A stretch of 63,618 nt of DNA, filler included, from Platydemus manokwari (taxonomy: Eukaryota), in NCBI GenBank assembly GCA_037951405.1. It is 6 parts of 6 records of this genome, joined end to end, with 100 filler letters (N's around TTAATTAATTAA, not from the genome) between each part and the next. Parts side by side here need not be neighbours in the genome. Positions count along the whole stretch, not along the records: positions 1 to 10,489 come from JBBMOY011129885.1; positions 10,590 to 22,132 come from JBBMOY010607771.1; 4 more parts are not named here. The stretch is one strand, 5' to 3'. The notes beneath the pieces were generated by a model. That model searched no databases, was not told where the DNA came from, and worked only from the letters and a program-made list of their open reading frames with translations. Of this stretch, positions 1-12,822 are shown piece by piece. A program made the translations under genes and the position numbers. Positions within the stretch are counted from its first letter, which is position 1, and every line of letters begins with the position of its first letter.

Positions 1-3000
1 ATTCTTTTTTGTAATGTGAGAAGTATTCTATCAAAAATTATTTTGAAATTTTAAACAATTGTGTTTCAGAAATTATAATTTTTTTAATTTATAAATTATC
101 AAATCTATCGAAAAATCAATGCATTGAGACCTCAATTTGAAATAATTATAATTCCGTGATTAATATGTGAATAAAACATTCTAAATGGGCTGTTGTTGAG
201 TTTCGATTGGCATTAACAATTAACGACACATGTATTTACAATCAATTAATAAATTTACTCTAAATTTAACACTGAACCATACGTATGTTGAAAAAAATAT
301 GTTGAAAATATCTGCTGAATATCGATTGTAATCCAATTTGATAGGTTTAAAAAATTTTGCATGTACTTATTTTATTATTGTATTGACCAGAGGAAGTACA
401 TTTTTTCAAATTGTTAACAATTTTTAAATTTTCCGAAGGACTAAATTGCGACGAGCACCAATACTTCTATAAACACTATCGTATTTTTTTAAAATTTTTA
501 CGTTTATTTAACGTTTTAAAAAATAAAAGATATATAAAAGAATTTTCTTTTATCATTTCGTTTTTATGTTATATCATAATTTTTTATAATTTTAAGAAAG
601 CACCTTAATTTTTTAGTTGTTTAATAAATATAAAAACAACCATTTACTGATACGCAGAGTATAAATACAGGTTATGTGGTAAACCCTATTTGTAACAGAT
701 GAGCATATAACAGGTTAGCAAATAGTTAGACATGCTATTACCAAGATTGCTAATTAGATAATAGAAAAAATACCTTGGAAACTGTAGCATTAAAAAGGGC
801 CTTCAGATATTAAAATTGCGTATCTCTCGTCAATCAAAAATATATTTATTCCTACGCAAAAATAATCGATCAATCAACTATTTTATTTTCCTGCTATTGT
901 AAATTTAGATTAAAGTTGTTAGCTACCTTGACTTTCTGTATTCAGTCTATTATCAGTGCCTGTCTATATCCTGTTTTTCTCTTCGGGCATGCCAGTAATT
1001 TTAATTGTTACTTTTGGCATTTATTTCTGACGAATTAAATTAAATTAATTTTTTGCCGACGCCATTTGTACATTGGTTTTTCGATAATAATATTATTTTT
1101 ACTTTAATAAATATGTTCGTCCTAATTATTTTATAATCAGATTCTTTTGTTATTATTTATCATGCTATTTACCGTTACTTTTGTGGTCAATATGTTATTA
1201 AAATAATTATTACTGTTTCCATTATTATTGATACTTTATGAAAATATTCGTGACTTAATCAATCTCTGAGGTTCTCATGATCCACGGGTAATATTAAAAC
1301 TTAATGTTTGTTGTTTATTCACATTGACTGCTTCTAATGCTCGTGTGAAGACGACATTAGCGGAACTGGACAGTGTGTTTACTGATAATTGATTATTTCG
1401 TATGTAACAATTGTGCATGTATTAACTGCAATTGTTGCCTTAACGGCATCGATCAGTCATTCATTAAATTCTCTACGTTTATTAAATAATGCAATCCATG
1501 TCCATATAATGCTCATGAATTCATTCTCTGCAATTGAATTTTTTATATTGGAAAATATTCTGAATGATTATTTATTATAATTTATTAAGCATAATAACTA
1601 GTAATATAATAAGCAATTTATTAGTGCTTATTTTATTAGAATATAGTTCCAATGCATATATCTATTATAGAATAAATTTGATGAATTTCATTTTTCAATA
1701 TTTATTTAGGATTTTATCGATCATAAGGGTTATAATTTTGAATTTAATTTTTATTGTATTTTATTTATATTAATTGTAAAGCTTCCAGAATTTACATTAA
1801 AATATTTTATATTATTTTTCATGCAAAAATATTTTGAAAATATAATTGTATACAAATCAATACACAACTATTTGTTAGATTCCTGTCTTTCAAATTGTTA
1901 GTAGTCCTAAACTCCAATATCAATGTTAATCATAATTTTTGTTTTTTAAATTTTTTATAACTTACTGTATAATCATAACTGTACTTGAAGATAATTTATA
2001 AAAAGTTTAAAGGTATAATATCATTGAAGAAGAATTACTTTCACATAGTATATACTTTTATAATAAAATCAGTTAATACTAAACCAACATCCCACGACAT
2101 ATACTTAAAGTTGACCAATTAAAAACATTTTATAGTACATTTATTCATATCGCACTGAGTCTTGAATTTTGAATTGTTGGTGGAGCTAAATATGGACTCG
2201 GGTTCACTAGGAATTTCGGTCAATGGAGAGAGCCTCCTCGGGTTTGTGGATATGTTTGTCTAATATATTAATTTAAAATGAAAAATGTAACTAATGAAAT
2301 GAGTCTTAATATTTTTTATTTGTCGAAGATGATTTCAAAGCACATCTCAGAAATTTCTACTAGTTTTAAGTTCCTATTAACTTGAGTTTTCACGTTTAAG
2401 AGGCAATATGGGAAGTATTAGCCATAACCAAAATTGATTATTTTGTTTATGATTTGTGAAACTCCGCTTCATCTTTTTTATTAAAAGTATGCTTATGCTG
2501 ACTAACAATGCTAATGCTCTTAGAAATCCAATATATAGAATCGATGAAATGGTGGTAAATTGTACAAGTAGAATATATCCGGTACAAATATTTAATGTTA
2601 CCCATTGTAAAGGTTACTAGGGTTTATTGGTTGAATCATTGATAGAACTATTTCACAATTTTTTATAATATAAGTATCAGATAGAATTACAAATTCGCCA
2701 TTCAATGATTCGTTCACTAATCGATTCGAAGACACACCCATTTCACTGACATTCACTACCATAGAAAATCCTGAGCCTGTTGTAATTGTATTTTAGTTTC
2801 ATATCAGCATTTCTCTTACAGAAATATCACTATTCTTCTAATAATTATTAAAAATATGGTGATTAATCGATTCATAAAAGTGATTTTATTTACTGCACCA
2901 ACAACTAATCTATGAATTACTTTCTCTCAATATTGTTGCACATATTTTACAAAAAATAATGTTTTTTCCTTATGCTGGCTGTTTCTTTGAATTGTATTCA

Positions 3001-3599
3001 GTAAATATAATTCAGAGATATTACCAATGTGTGGTGATAAGCAATCAATATTTTCCTTTGTTTAATGTAATTTATGTCTGCAAAAGAACACGTAAAAAAC
3101 CGATTTAAAGATCTTATGAAATCATTGCAAACAGAGAAGGTTTATACACAGATTTATCTTAGAAACATCGTCCTAGTGATACGGTAACTGAAGAAGGATC
3201 TCCTAAAAATAGATTAAGATAACCAATGTGTTACAATTAATATGAAAATGCAACGTATCTGCTCGCACATCGATTGCTTACAATAGCAAATGACAATAAA
3301 CTTCTATTAAAAACAATCATTACTTCCCACCTAGAAAAAATTCAATCTTGGATATCTTGAAGTTAGTAAACCTTATCTGGTAGGCTTTGTTTCAATGTTA
3401 GATTTTTTAACTTTTATACCTCTAGAGATTTCCCTCAATGGAATAAACTTTAGTTTTCATAATTTTTACAAAAACTGCTGCTTCTAGAATTTAATAATCC
3501 ACAATTATTAAATTGCTGAAAGGCAGCAAAAAATCATCGAACAATCGATATTTATTTTAATACAAAAAACCGATCTTTAAATTTATCTAGTTTACTAGA

Positions 3600-5280
3600 T
3601 CTGTCAACAATAACTACTAATACTTGATTCGGGTTTCAAAATTAAGGACAAGAGAAATGACAGTAATGATTTGTAAGTATGGACCGAATTCTCTTCGCGA
3701 AATTATCATTTCATTTGTTTTATCAATATAAACCTCTAGTATTATCCAAATGTAGAACTTCTGAACAGTATGCTCTTTTTTTAAAGCATTGTAAGCCACT
3801 TATAGGAATTCCTAATAAAATCAATTAATTTTTGATTGCTTATATACCATAAACTCTCATTGATGGACCTAATGATTCTGGCATTACAATTCGTTTCATT
3901 ATGACTCAACTTATACCAGGAATTCTTCAAATAGTTTGTACTTCTCTATGTTTTGAAAGTACTGTTCTTAGTAGCGTTCCTAAATAGACTGTAAATGACA
4001 GTTAGATCGTTTTTAATCCATTGTATCTGACAACTGAATGTTCAAGATCATAATTAAAGCGAGTTTCTAGCTTTCTGTTCAGCTCATTAGTCTCGCGTTA
4101 AACATTGCGAATAGAGAGATTTATTTAATCTTGACAATCGAGTTCTATCTCAAACATCAATGTTCAATTTATCATCAATCTTTGAACAGTTGCTGGAGCG
4201 ATACAGGGTCCGAAATGCAAAAATATATATAAGCATAACCTTCCCGTCCTTGTAATTAAATAGATTTTGAACTTAGGATCTATCCCAACCTTGACTAAAA
4301 CTATCGCTTTATTCGTTCTAGGGATATTCCTATTGATTTATCTTTTTGGGAACTACTACTAAATGCGAGCTCCAAAGGAATCGACACCATTTCCTATAAG
4401 ATTCTGTTATATCTTAAATTTTGCTTTATAAATTTATCATTTGGTGTCAAAGGTTTTGAATAATGAGCTCCTCTTTAGTTCAGTATTATGTCGAATCATT
4501 TTCTTGGATATATATTTTAATAAAATGTCATTACCTACAGCAAACTCATCATAACTATTTTGATTCCATCCTCAACACTGAACTTACGTTCTTGCATCAA
4601 ATAGCTAACCATATGAACAGATTTAATCTAACCAATTCTTTCTCAATTAATTTCCAGTTTTTATCATTGTCGGATCCAATATAAATGATTCCTTTAGTTT
4701 GTTATTTTACATATAACATAAAACAGGCAGTCATATAACTTCCTCTATTGACATCATCTTTCAAAAAACCTCAGTGAATAGTATGCGTACACGCATCTCA
4801 TAGCTCCTGTATTTCTGGTCAGCTCATTGTCCCTGTGATCACTAACATTTAACTTTGCCATGCATCGATTTACAATTTGAAAAGCTTTTGGTAAACCAGA
4901 TATCGGCTGTTTCATTTGCAACATCTTCCTTTTCGTTACTAAATTCCTGCCATATCTCTTTAACAACCTATTGTGATAGCATATAAAAACTAGCATCAAC
5001 TTCGTCTGGTTGAAAAATGCAAAATCCTTTGTCATTTGTAACCAATCATCTGCTTCTTGAGACTAGCAATGGCTGAATGTTATCTTCGGAACCAGCATAT
5101 CCGAAGTTTTCTGGGACAATTTATAAAATATCATTTGTCTTTCTTCTTGCCATGTTCGAATCAGTGCCTTTATTTTGCCGTTATCACCAGTATGAAAACA
5201 TGACATCATAATTTTATTAATTCGAAAACTAATTCGATATATTTCAACAAATGATTCAGATATTATCCACATGGTAGTAG
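3600..5280 (-). mobile_element. Heavily decayed Ty3/gypsy-like LTR retroelement remnant
   Basis: The minus strand near 4170-4210 reads CIAPATVQRLM, resembling the gypsy RT motif NAPATFQRLM. A GPY motif near 3680 resembles the integrase C-terminus. Broken gag-like ORFs lie at 4754-5272. Many stops and frameshifts; boundaries approximate. Confidence 0.45.
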
Positions 5281-5505
5281 TAATGTTTTCACAATAGTAA
5301 TGCTAAATATAAATGGTAGAAAACCAATAACGATATTTTCAAGATAATCGATATAAAATATTGATATGATAATAGATAAACAAAAATAACTAATAAGTAG
5401 TAAATTTTATCAAAAATTATTTACGTCATAAATAAACAATAAAATGATAAAAACACCCAAAACCTCATACACAATAAAAGTTTGTATTTGAGACTGTTAA
5501 ACAAA

Positions 5506-5535
<30 letters not shown>
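5506..5535. repeat. (AAT)n microsatellite
   Basis: About 10 perfect AAT units. Confidence 0.95.
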
Positions 5536-5537
<2 letters not shown>

Positions 5538-5579
5538 ACGAAAGGCGACAACTTAAAAAATATATATAAGTGGAAAATC

Positions 5580-8542
5580 TCAGGAATTTAATTTACAAGA
5601 ACTACTTGGCATATCTCCCAAAATTTCATCTTCATCATAACTTTCTAATAAAAATGCAGCTTCAGCTTCAGGTAATTTAGATTTATTCTTCAAAAATACT
5701 TTATATTTATAGCTATTCGAATTTTTACCTCGGTTTAATTTTTCCTGCCACTTGCGAACGAGATTTCCCGATTTCAAAACGTAAGTATTGCCCACTTTTT
5801 GAACACGAAGAGCATTTGCATTGTAATGAGCACAAGAAATTATAATGCAGGCCGATAAAACACTTACTAGCGATAACACACATACTAAATGTAAAAATAA
5901 TCAATATTCAAATTTGTTTCCGTGCATGAAATTCAAAAAACAAGAAATTAAACATCTAGTTCTATACCAAAAATATCATAACTGAAATATTTTTCCTACT
6001 TTTTATTGATTAATAGTGGCCATAATAATTTAAATAATTTATCAATTCAATCCAAAACTCGTACGTCAGTTGTTTACAATTTCAGTTGTATTGGAAAATC
6101 CGCACAATATCAGTAATATTAAATATGATTTGCTTACGTTTATCGAAAATTTTCAAATAATTATATAATTTATTTTAAAAATCAATTTTGTTTTAAAGAA
6201 TACATTCACACACATAACGCACACACACACGCACATAAAACTTGCAAATGATATTGTCGATTGAAAATTTAAGTATTTATATTCCTATAATAAACACAAT
6301 CATGCACGAAACAAAAACTTGAAATTTTACAGTGAGAAAAGTGCTACATCATTCCAAAAACCATTATGAAATGATTATTATTTGACTATTATTTAGAAAA
6401 TCCGATCTGATAAGTTCATTAAATATAAATCAAATGAATTAATTATTGATTATTTTATTTCTTAGAAACAAAAACATTTACATATGAAAACGTTAATTGT
6501 TAGAAAAATATTCCAAAACCAACATTTTTTAAATGGAAGCCTATTGTTGTCTCTCATTGAATACTACTTCTGAGTACCGGCAAGTGATATAATTGTGCCT
6601 AAATTGTGTACAGGAAATCGAACTGACAAAATAAAGTTGCAATATATTACCATAACAGAGTCTAATTCAAGATCAATATTTACCATTAGAAAGAGATATT
6701 TAAAGGCTAATTTTAATTGGATTTGACTGACATCATAATATTATAAAATCAGAATCGTAATGAACTTTATTCATAATTAATAAATTAAAATAATTCAAAT
6801 TTTATTAAGGTTTTCGTCAGTATTGGAATCTTTATACTATTGTATGGAAATCCCGACAAAATCATTCGATAAAATTTCACTAAATCTTTGAAAATATTTA
6901 CCATTGACAGTAGTGTGGATTTCACTAATATACTAATGGATTGTAAAATTAACTTGACTCATACTTTACTTCTTTTAAACACACACACACAAACAGATGA
7001 CATCTTCAAAAAGAATTTCTATTGGTTTAGGGTTAACCAATCTGGTAAAGAATAATGTTATTAAATATCATAAATGGATATCTCGAATGTCTAGGTTTTG
7101 ATAAAGCATTACCTTACCCCTTCCCCTATGACAATTATAGACAGACATCAATATTTAAAATAATTATTTATCACGAAAATATATATTTGTGGCATTAATT
7201 CTGTAGAAATATTCAAAGAATATTGTTGGAATATGTTTGCATTAGAAAACTCACTGATAATCAACGATGTGAAAATCCCGGCTTCACTCAAATTATTCCT
7301 CACCATCCATCTAACGTTGGATAAAGATCCGTTGATATTTGGTAATTGTGTCAATTGCAATATTTCCCCAATTAGTGGAAACACGTCGATTGCTCTCACA
7401 ACGACATCTGATCGATTAATGGCTATAATATTTGGCCCCCACGCAATGAATATTCCCATCATATTTTTCGATGACGTCGAATATCCATGTGTTCCTCTCA
7501 TTTTAAAGTGATCTGATTCATTGTGAACCATCATCCATCCCTCATCGGCCAGCACGATAATCGGGGCTACACGCCGATTATTTCCAAAATGCCATTGTTT
7601 CGGAATGTCTTCCTTGCGATATATCGATACGTGGGGAATCAATTGTAATTGAGCGAGAATTTGCGATATATTCGCATCAGATCGCGGCCAAATACTCCAA
7701 AACGCGGTATACCATTCCTTTTTGTACTCGTGATACAGTTGGGGATCGATATATGAGTCCATTATTATCCTTTGTTTGTTCGATACAGGCGTCATCCCAT
7801 GATCACTGACGATAATAACATTCAAATGTTGTTTCAAGCCGCGAGATTCGATTTGATCGATTAAATATTGAAGCGATTTATCTAAATCTATAAGTTTGCT
7901 TAATAATATTTTCGAATTCGGACCGTATTTATGGCCGTAACCATCTGGTTCTGGATGATACAAAACACCTAATGTTGTATCTTCTTTCGACATCCAATTG
8001 AGAATCAAATCAATTTTATGATTTAATGAAACCTCCTCATTATAAACACCGAATGAATATGTTGGAGAGATTTTATTCTTAAAAGGTGCTAAACTCCCTG
8101 GCCAATAAATAACAGCCGAACTGTGATGATTAATAATATTTGTAGCCCAAATCGGCTCACTAGCTGAAAACCATTTTGGATCGAATGACTGAGTCAAATT
8201 TTTAAAAGAGAATGTCTCATTGAATATCGGGTCAAAAAATGAATTATCAATAATTCCGTGGGTTTCTTCATAACAACCGGTGATTATTGAAAGATGGTTT
8301 GGAAATGTTCGGGTCAAAAAGACGTTATTCAAACGAGTAGCTTTGAAGCCAAGTTTGAAAACCTTTTTAAAGGATTTAAGATCAATCCCATGTTTTTCAG
8401 CAAGTTCAAAATAATCGTGTCGAAATCCATCGAAAGATATCAGTAATACCTTGGATGTTTCTCTACCGTGTCCATATGAATAATAGATGGATAAAATAAA
8501 AATTAACAATTCAAATATAAAATCAATTGAAATTATAATCAT
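5580..8542 (-). CDS. Ectonucleotide pyrophosphatase/phosphodiesterase, ENPP4/ENPP5-like type I membrane protein; join(8542..7255,5884..5580), 530 aa
   Basis: Hydrophobic N-terminus. Alkaline-phosphatase-superfamily NPP motifs: LLISFDGFR, TRTFPNH (Thr nucleophile), EPDGYGHKYGP, VSDHGM, GTHGY. A phase-1 donor ATCA|GTGAGT (intron starts 7254) joins acceptor CATTTAG|TA (exon starts 5884). This makes a continuous TM helix GIFTSLIIICVLSLVSVLSACIIISC and a cytoplasmic tail; 1593 nt = 531 codons. Confidence 0.9.
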
Positions 8543-8732
8543 TATTGCACATCGATAAAATATAATTTAAATTTATTCAAAACTAAAGTTACGCAATAAT
8601 CTTATAACAAATTAATAATTAGAAATACATTACATATGATTCGCAATTTTCAAAATTATGCTATGAAAACTTTTCAAATTCTGTTGAAATTTGTATTTTA
8701 AAACAAATTCTTAAATAAGTTTTACAATTTTT

Positions 8733-9800
8733 GGCTTAAGTTAAGAAAAGGGTTCTTTGACCCCATTTAAATATAATGATTTTTCGTGAGTTATTTAATA
8801 TTCAAATTTATTTGTAATCATATTTTAATGAAAATTTTACATTAAATTCAATTTTTGATTAAAAAGTAAAAAGCAATCCTAACAATCCGTATATATTATG
8901 GATCGTGGTTTCACAAACCGACAATTAAATAAAAGTATAATTTTATAAATAAAATTTCTATTTATTTTGTATTTATTGATTTTGGAGTCGATGTGCTTCG
9001 GTTGCGGACTAGAAATAATAAGCAATCCATACTTACTATATCTCCCCAGTCTTTTAACAACTCAAATACCATGATTTCAACGTCCGCTATTAAATTTGGC
9101 TCCTCCAAATTAGGCTTCATCAATTTTCACAACGATATTTCGGCTCCCTGTTATTTTTCTATGCCAACCTATTTCTCCATAGACGTGGAAACTACAAATT
9201 TTTACCTTAATAAATAATTTTAAATTCTTAGTTTTATTTTAATAAAAATTGTCACCATTTGTTAATAATTGGTTTGTTATAGACGTCATTTTACAAATAC
9301 ACTTTTTGTGTAAGCCCCTTGCACCACAAATACCTATTCAGAATATCGAAAAGGCCAAGTCCGAATTGTTTAATCAAGTCCCTTTTCAAATTCCGAAACT
9401 TTTTATATATTTGTACTATCTCAATCTTTAGAAATTATTTTATTTGGATGCAATCTTCATTTCATTACACTATCGACATGTTTTGGATCTATGTATTCAA
9501 TCTATTAAATAGAAATTTATATAGTTGTTTTGAGATAAAAACAATTACTTAGTTCATGGCACTCCTCGGTGATTTCCAAATCACTTTGTATAAAAAAATT
9601 CTAAAAATTTTAGATATCGTTCCATTTTTCTTCTGTTGGGGTTTTATGAGATGCCTGAGATGTGTTTATAATTGTTGCGTTCAGGCCATATTGGTTTTAT
9701 TGTTTAATTAAGCTTAATTTTATCCAATATCACTATTGTTTTAATCAGTCTCTATGAGCTATTGTTTACAGCCACAGGTGTAATCTACATAATGTTGATA
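8733..9800 (-). mobile_element. Decayed Merlin (IS1595/ISXO2-like) DNA transposon, copy A
   Basis: TIR GGCTTAAGTTAAGAAAAGGG at 8733. The minus strand reads roughly KITGSRNIVVKIDEA*FGGAKFNSGR and FVKPRSIIYTDC, matching ISXO2-type motifs (VEIDESKFGKRKYNRGR; PGSIIxTDxW). Right boundary approximate. Confidence 0.8.
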
Positions 9801-10489
9801 TTCCTTCATCTTACACAACCTTATTATGTGAAGACAATAGGTGTGGCAATAATGATATATTTAATTAACTTAATTATCAATCTCAAATTGTATAAGTATA
9901 TTTAAATTATTAATTATGTTAATGCCAATGAAAATGAATAATAACTATATGAATAATAACTATATGAATATTAACTAAAATTTGCTACTCCAAATATTTA
10001 TTAATAATTGACATCAATACAAAGTTGATTAACAATAATAGAATATAAATTTCAAATGGATTACTCACCTTTACTTATAACGGACCTTAACAACTCCTGG
10101 ATAAAGAAACGGTAACTTACTCCCACTTGAGGAGTAGAAACAATTACCTTTAGAGGTTTTTGAGATAAAATTCTATAATAGGAAATAAACAATATAATAT
10201 AATATATATTACGCGAATTGATCTTGTTTTGGGGTCTTCCAGTAAGATGATGAGCATATACGGAATATTGTTCTTCTGCTCTATACGATCATCTACTCTG
10301 CGTTGACTGAATTATGAAATATTGAGCGATATCTTATTGCGTGTTAATATTTTATAAATTAATTTATTATTTTAAGGAATTTCGACGATTTGCACTAGGT
10401 GGGTTTAACTAATATTATTATTTTACATATATATATAAATAATTATTATTATAAATATCAATATTTTAAACTTGTTTTTACTAAAATAT

Positions 10490-10589
10490 NNNNNNNNNNN
10501 NNNNNNNNNNNNNNNNNNNNNNNNNNNNNNNNNTTAATTAATTAANNNNNNNNNNNNNNNNNNNNNNNNNNNNNNNNNNNNNNNNNNNN
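10490..10589. other. Assembly gap/linker (N44-TTAATTAATTAA-N44)
   Basis: 100-nt N block with a central six-frame stop linker, identical at five sites in the window. Confidence 0.99.
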
Positions 10590-10636
10590 ACAAATATAAT
10601 TTGTTGAATAGATTAAAATAAGAATAATATTATGAA

Positions 10637-10655
10637 CAATAACAATAATAATAAC

Positions 10656-10699
<44 letters not shown>

Positions 10700-10703
10700 T
10701 AAT
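10637..10703. repeat. (AAT)n/(AAC) microsatellite near a contig edge
   Basis: About 20 imperfect AAT units. Confidence 0.95.
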
Positions 10704-10949
10704 AAATACTAAAATATTGATTTTTTTAAATAAAAGTTAAGATGATATTATCGATTGGGCACATTCTTATACATCAACAGCCCACAAACATTCAATTTAT
10801 TTAGTAATAGTATAGCATCAAGATGGTATATTACTGAGTTTTCTTGACAAAAATCTGACTCCAAGCAGTAAGTAGAATGCTAGAAGATATAAAATGGAAT
10901 ATAAAATAATAATCAAATGCTATATTGTTTACTAACAAAATAATATATT

Positions 10950-11640
10950 TGCAAAGCATTTTAACATACAGGAATGGTCTATGATGTTAATCGAAAATAT
11001 AACTGCCAACGATAAAATCTATGTGAGCTGAGAATACGGAATATATTTCAAAAGAAAATATAAACAGAGATCAGAAGTCATTCAACGATACAACGTAAAT
11101 ATTTTCCTTGAAAATAATATGATGACAGTTTAATGATAAAGTTTTCCCTATCTCGATGAACATTACTGAAAATCGATTGAACACAAATCTACTTCAAATA
11201 GATGATTGGTATTGATGGAGTTACAGACAATAATTGATTTAAATGCAGGAACCGATTGAAGAAATTATTACAAAGAATGATATTGAATTAGTGGCTCTTG
11301 ATCTAATCTATAAAACCATTTAGAGTAATATAATTAAAATAGGCTCTTGAGTCGGATTGATAAACTCGAACAATAGACGTTCTCTAGGAGTTGCAAGTGA
11401 TACGGTACGACAAATTTATTTTCAGTCACTCTCTTTTTTGAATTTAATGAGTAGAGAATTTCTTAGAGTTACCGTATGAATGTCCTGTACACTTTCGGAA
11501 TTTCCATGGTACGCATACAGAAGCACACGCATACAGATAGATGTAAGGATGTGTCAAATTAGATTCTCTAAAATAATTAAAGGACTGAAAATAAATATTC
11601 TTAGAATAAATCTAAAAGGAAAACGTTATTATTTTACTTA
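10950..11640 (+). mobile_element. Probable decayed non-LTR (LINE) ORF2 fragment
   Basis: Broken frames such as EPIEEIITKNDIELVAL resemble the pre-RT region, and RFSKIIKGLK resembles the CR1/L2 distal QRRxTKMIKGL region. Weak similarity only. Confidence 0.35.
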
Positions 11641-12239
11641 AATGAAAATTAATGGAATATTCTAGAAAATTTTGTTTTGATGAATCAATTTAATGATCTG
11701 TACAAGATCACTGTAAAAAAGTCAGTCTTGAAAACAAACATTGGTCTTCTTGTTTACTGATTATTGAATGATTTTTAACTTTTGGACGTTGAACCCATTG
11801 TAATGTTGATGCCGGTTTCTTTGGAATTTTGTTTCTTTGAGAAAGTTCGATGTTGTGATTTGCTAGTGTTGTTTATCGATAATTTAATCGAAACATTGAG
11901 TTATATCATGTCCAGTAATTAATTTATTATTCCGATATTAATATATCAAAAACATTTTGAAATTTATCGCGCACATAAAATTTTTATACTCTTGTATATT
12001 GAATTGTGACGTCATCTTGATTGGAAAAATTGACTTTTGAGTGTTTTATTTAAATATCAATATAAATATTGATTTTAGAACTTGATCCTATTTAAACAAT
12101 ATATTTGTAGCAGTTATGAAAACAGAAATTCCAACTTAACAAAGTTTCTTAAATTAAAATCTTCTAATTGATGATGAATTTTAATTTTATTTCTTTTATT
12201 TGTTTTGACGTGATATTTAATAACACCGAATGAAAATTT

Positions 12240-12822
12240 GGTTTAAGTTAAGAAAACAGGGCCATGTGACTTACTTTCGTTATAATGAATTTTCGCACAT
12301 GCAATAATTGTATAACTTAATTTTATATATAATTACGATGTTTGATTTATTCATATAATTCAGTTAATATCACAATTTTTAGGATGTCGAATAAGGACAA
12401 AACATAGTTTCAAAACCAAGTTATTATTCCAATCACAACACTTCTACAAGAATTTTTCATTATTGAAATTTAAATTTATTTAATTATAAACCAACTTAGG
12501 AAACTCATGACATGTTTAATAGTCTAGCGTTACTTTTTTATATTAAATAATTGGAAAATTTTAAAGAATATATCAATGTGCTTCAAATGCTATAAAATGG
12601 GTCCTAATTTGTTCCGTCTTCTAAATGATCTAAATTTAGAACAATTTGAAGCTCTAATCTATTTAATACATAATATCAAATAATTCAAATTCTTCTTAAG
12701 AACTAAAGTCGAAAATTCAAAATGTTTATAAAGAATATAATTAAATAAACTATATAGATTTGTGCATTGCACTCAACAAATTAAGATTTTAAATTTTAAG
12801 ACCCCTTTTCTTAACTTTAACC
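12240..12822. mobile_element. Non-autonomous Merlin-family MITE (~580 bp) with both TIRs
   Basis: Left end GGTTTAAGTTAAGAAAACAGGG and right end CCCTTTTCTTAACTTTAACC are inverted repeats sharing the TIR of the Merlin copies at 8733 and 18962. Flanks GAAAATTT / AAAAATTT form a 7-of-8 match, like an 8-bp TSD. Confidence 0.75.

Noticed and set aside
411-1773. Short hydrophobic F/I/L/N/K-rich ORFs here and throughout the track
   Set aside because: Expected by chance in AT-rich DNA, many use TTG/GTG starts, and none has domain motifs or splice support.
5580-5879. 99-aa ORF looking like a standalone secreted peptide
   Set aside because: It begins at GTG just inside a splice acceptor and joins the ENPP gene in frame as its TM/tail exon.
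7233-7511. Antisense ORFs inside real genes (also 57525-57722, 57984-58202, 60258-60440, 60850-61098)
   Set aside because: Shadow frames of coding exons with no independent motifs.
10534-10545. Palindromic TTAATTAATTAA repeated five times at roughly 9-12 kb spacing
   Set aside because: Always centred in 44+44 Ns. It is an artificial six-frame-stop scaffolding linker, not biology.
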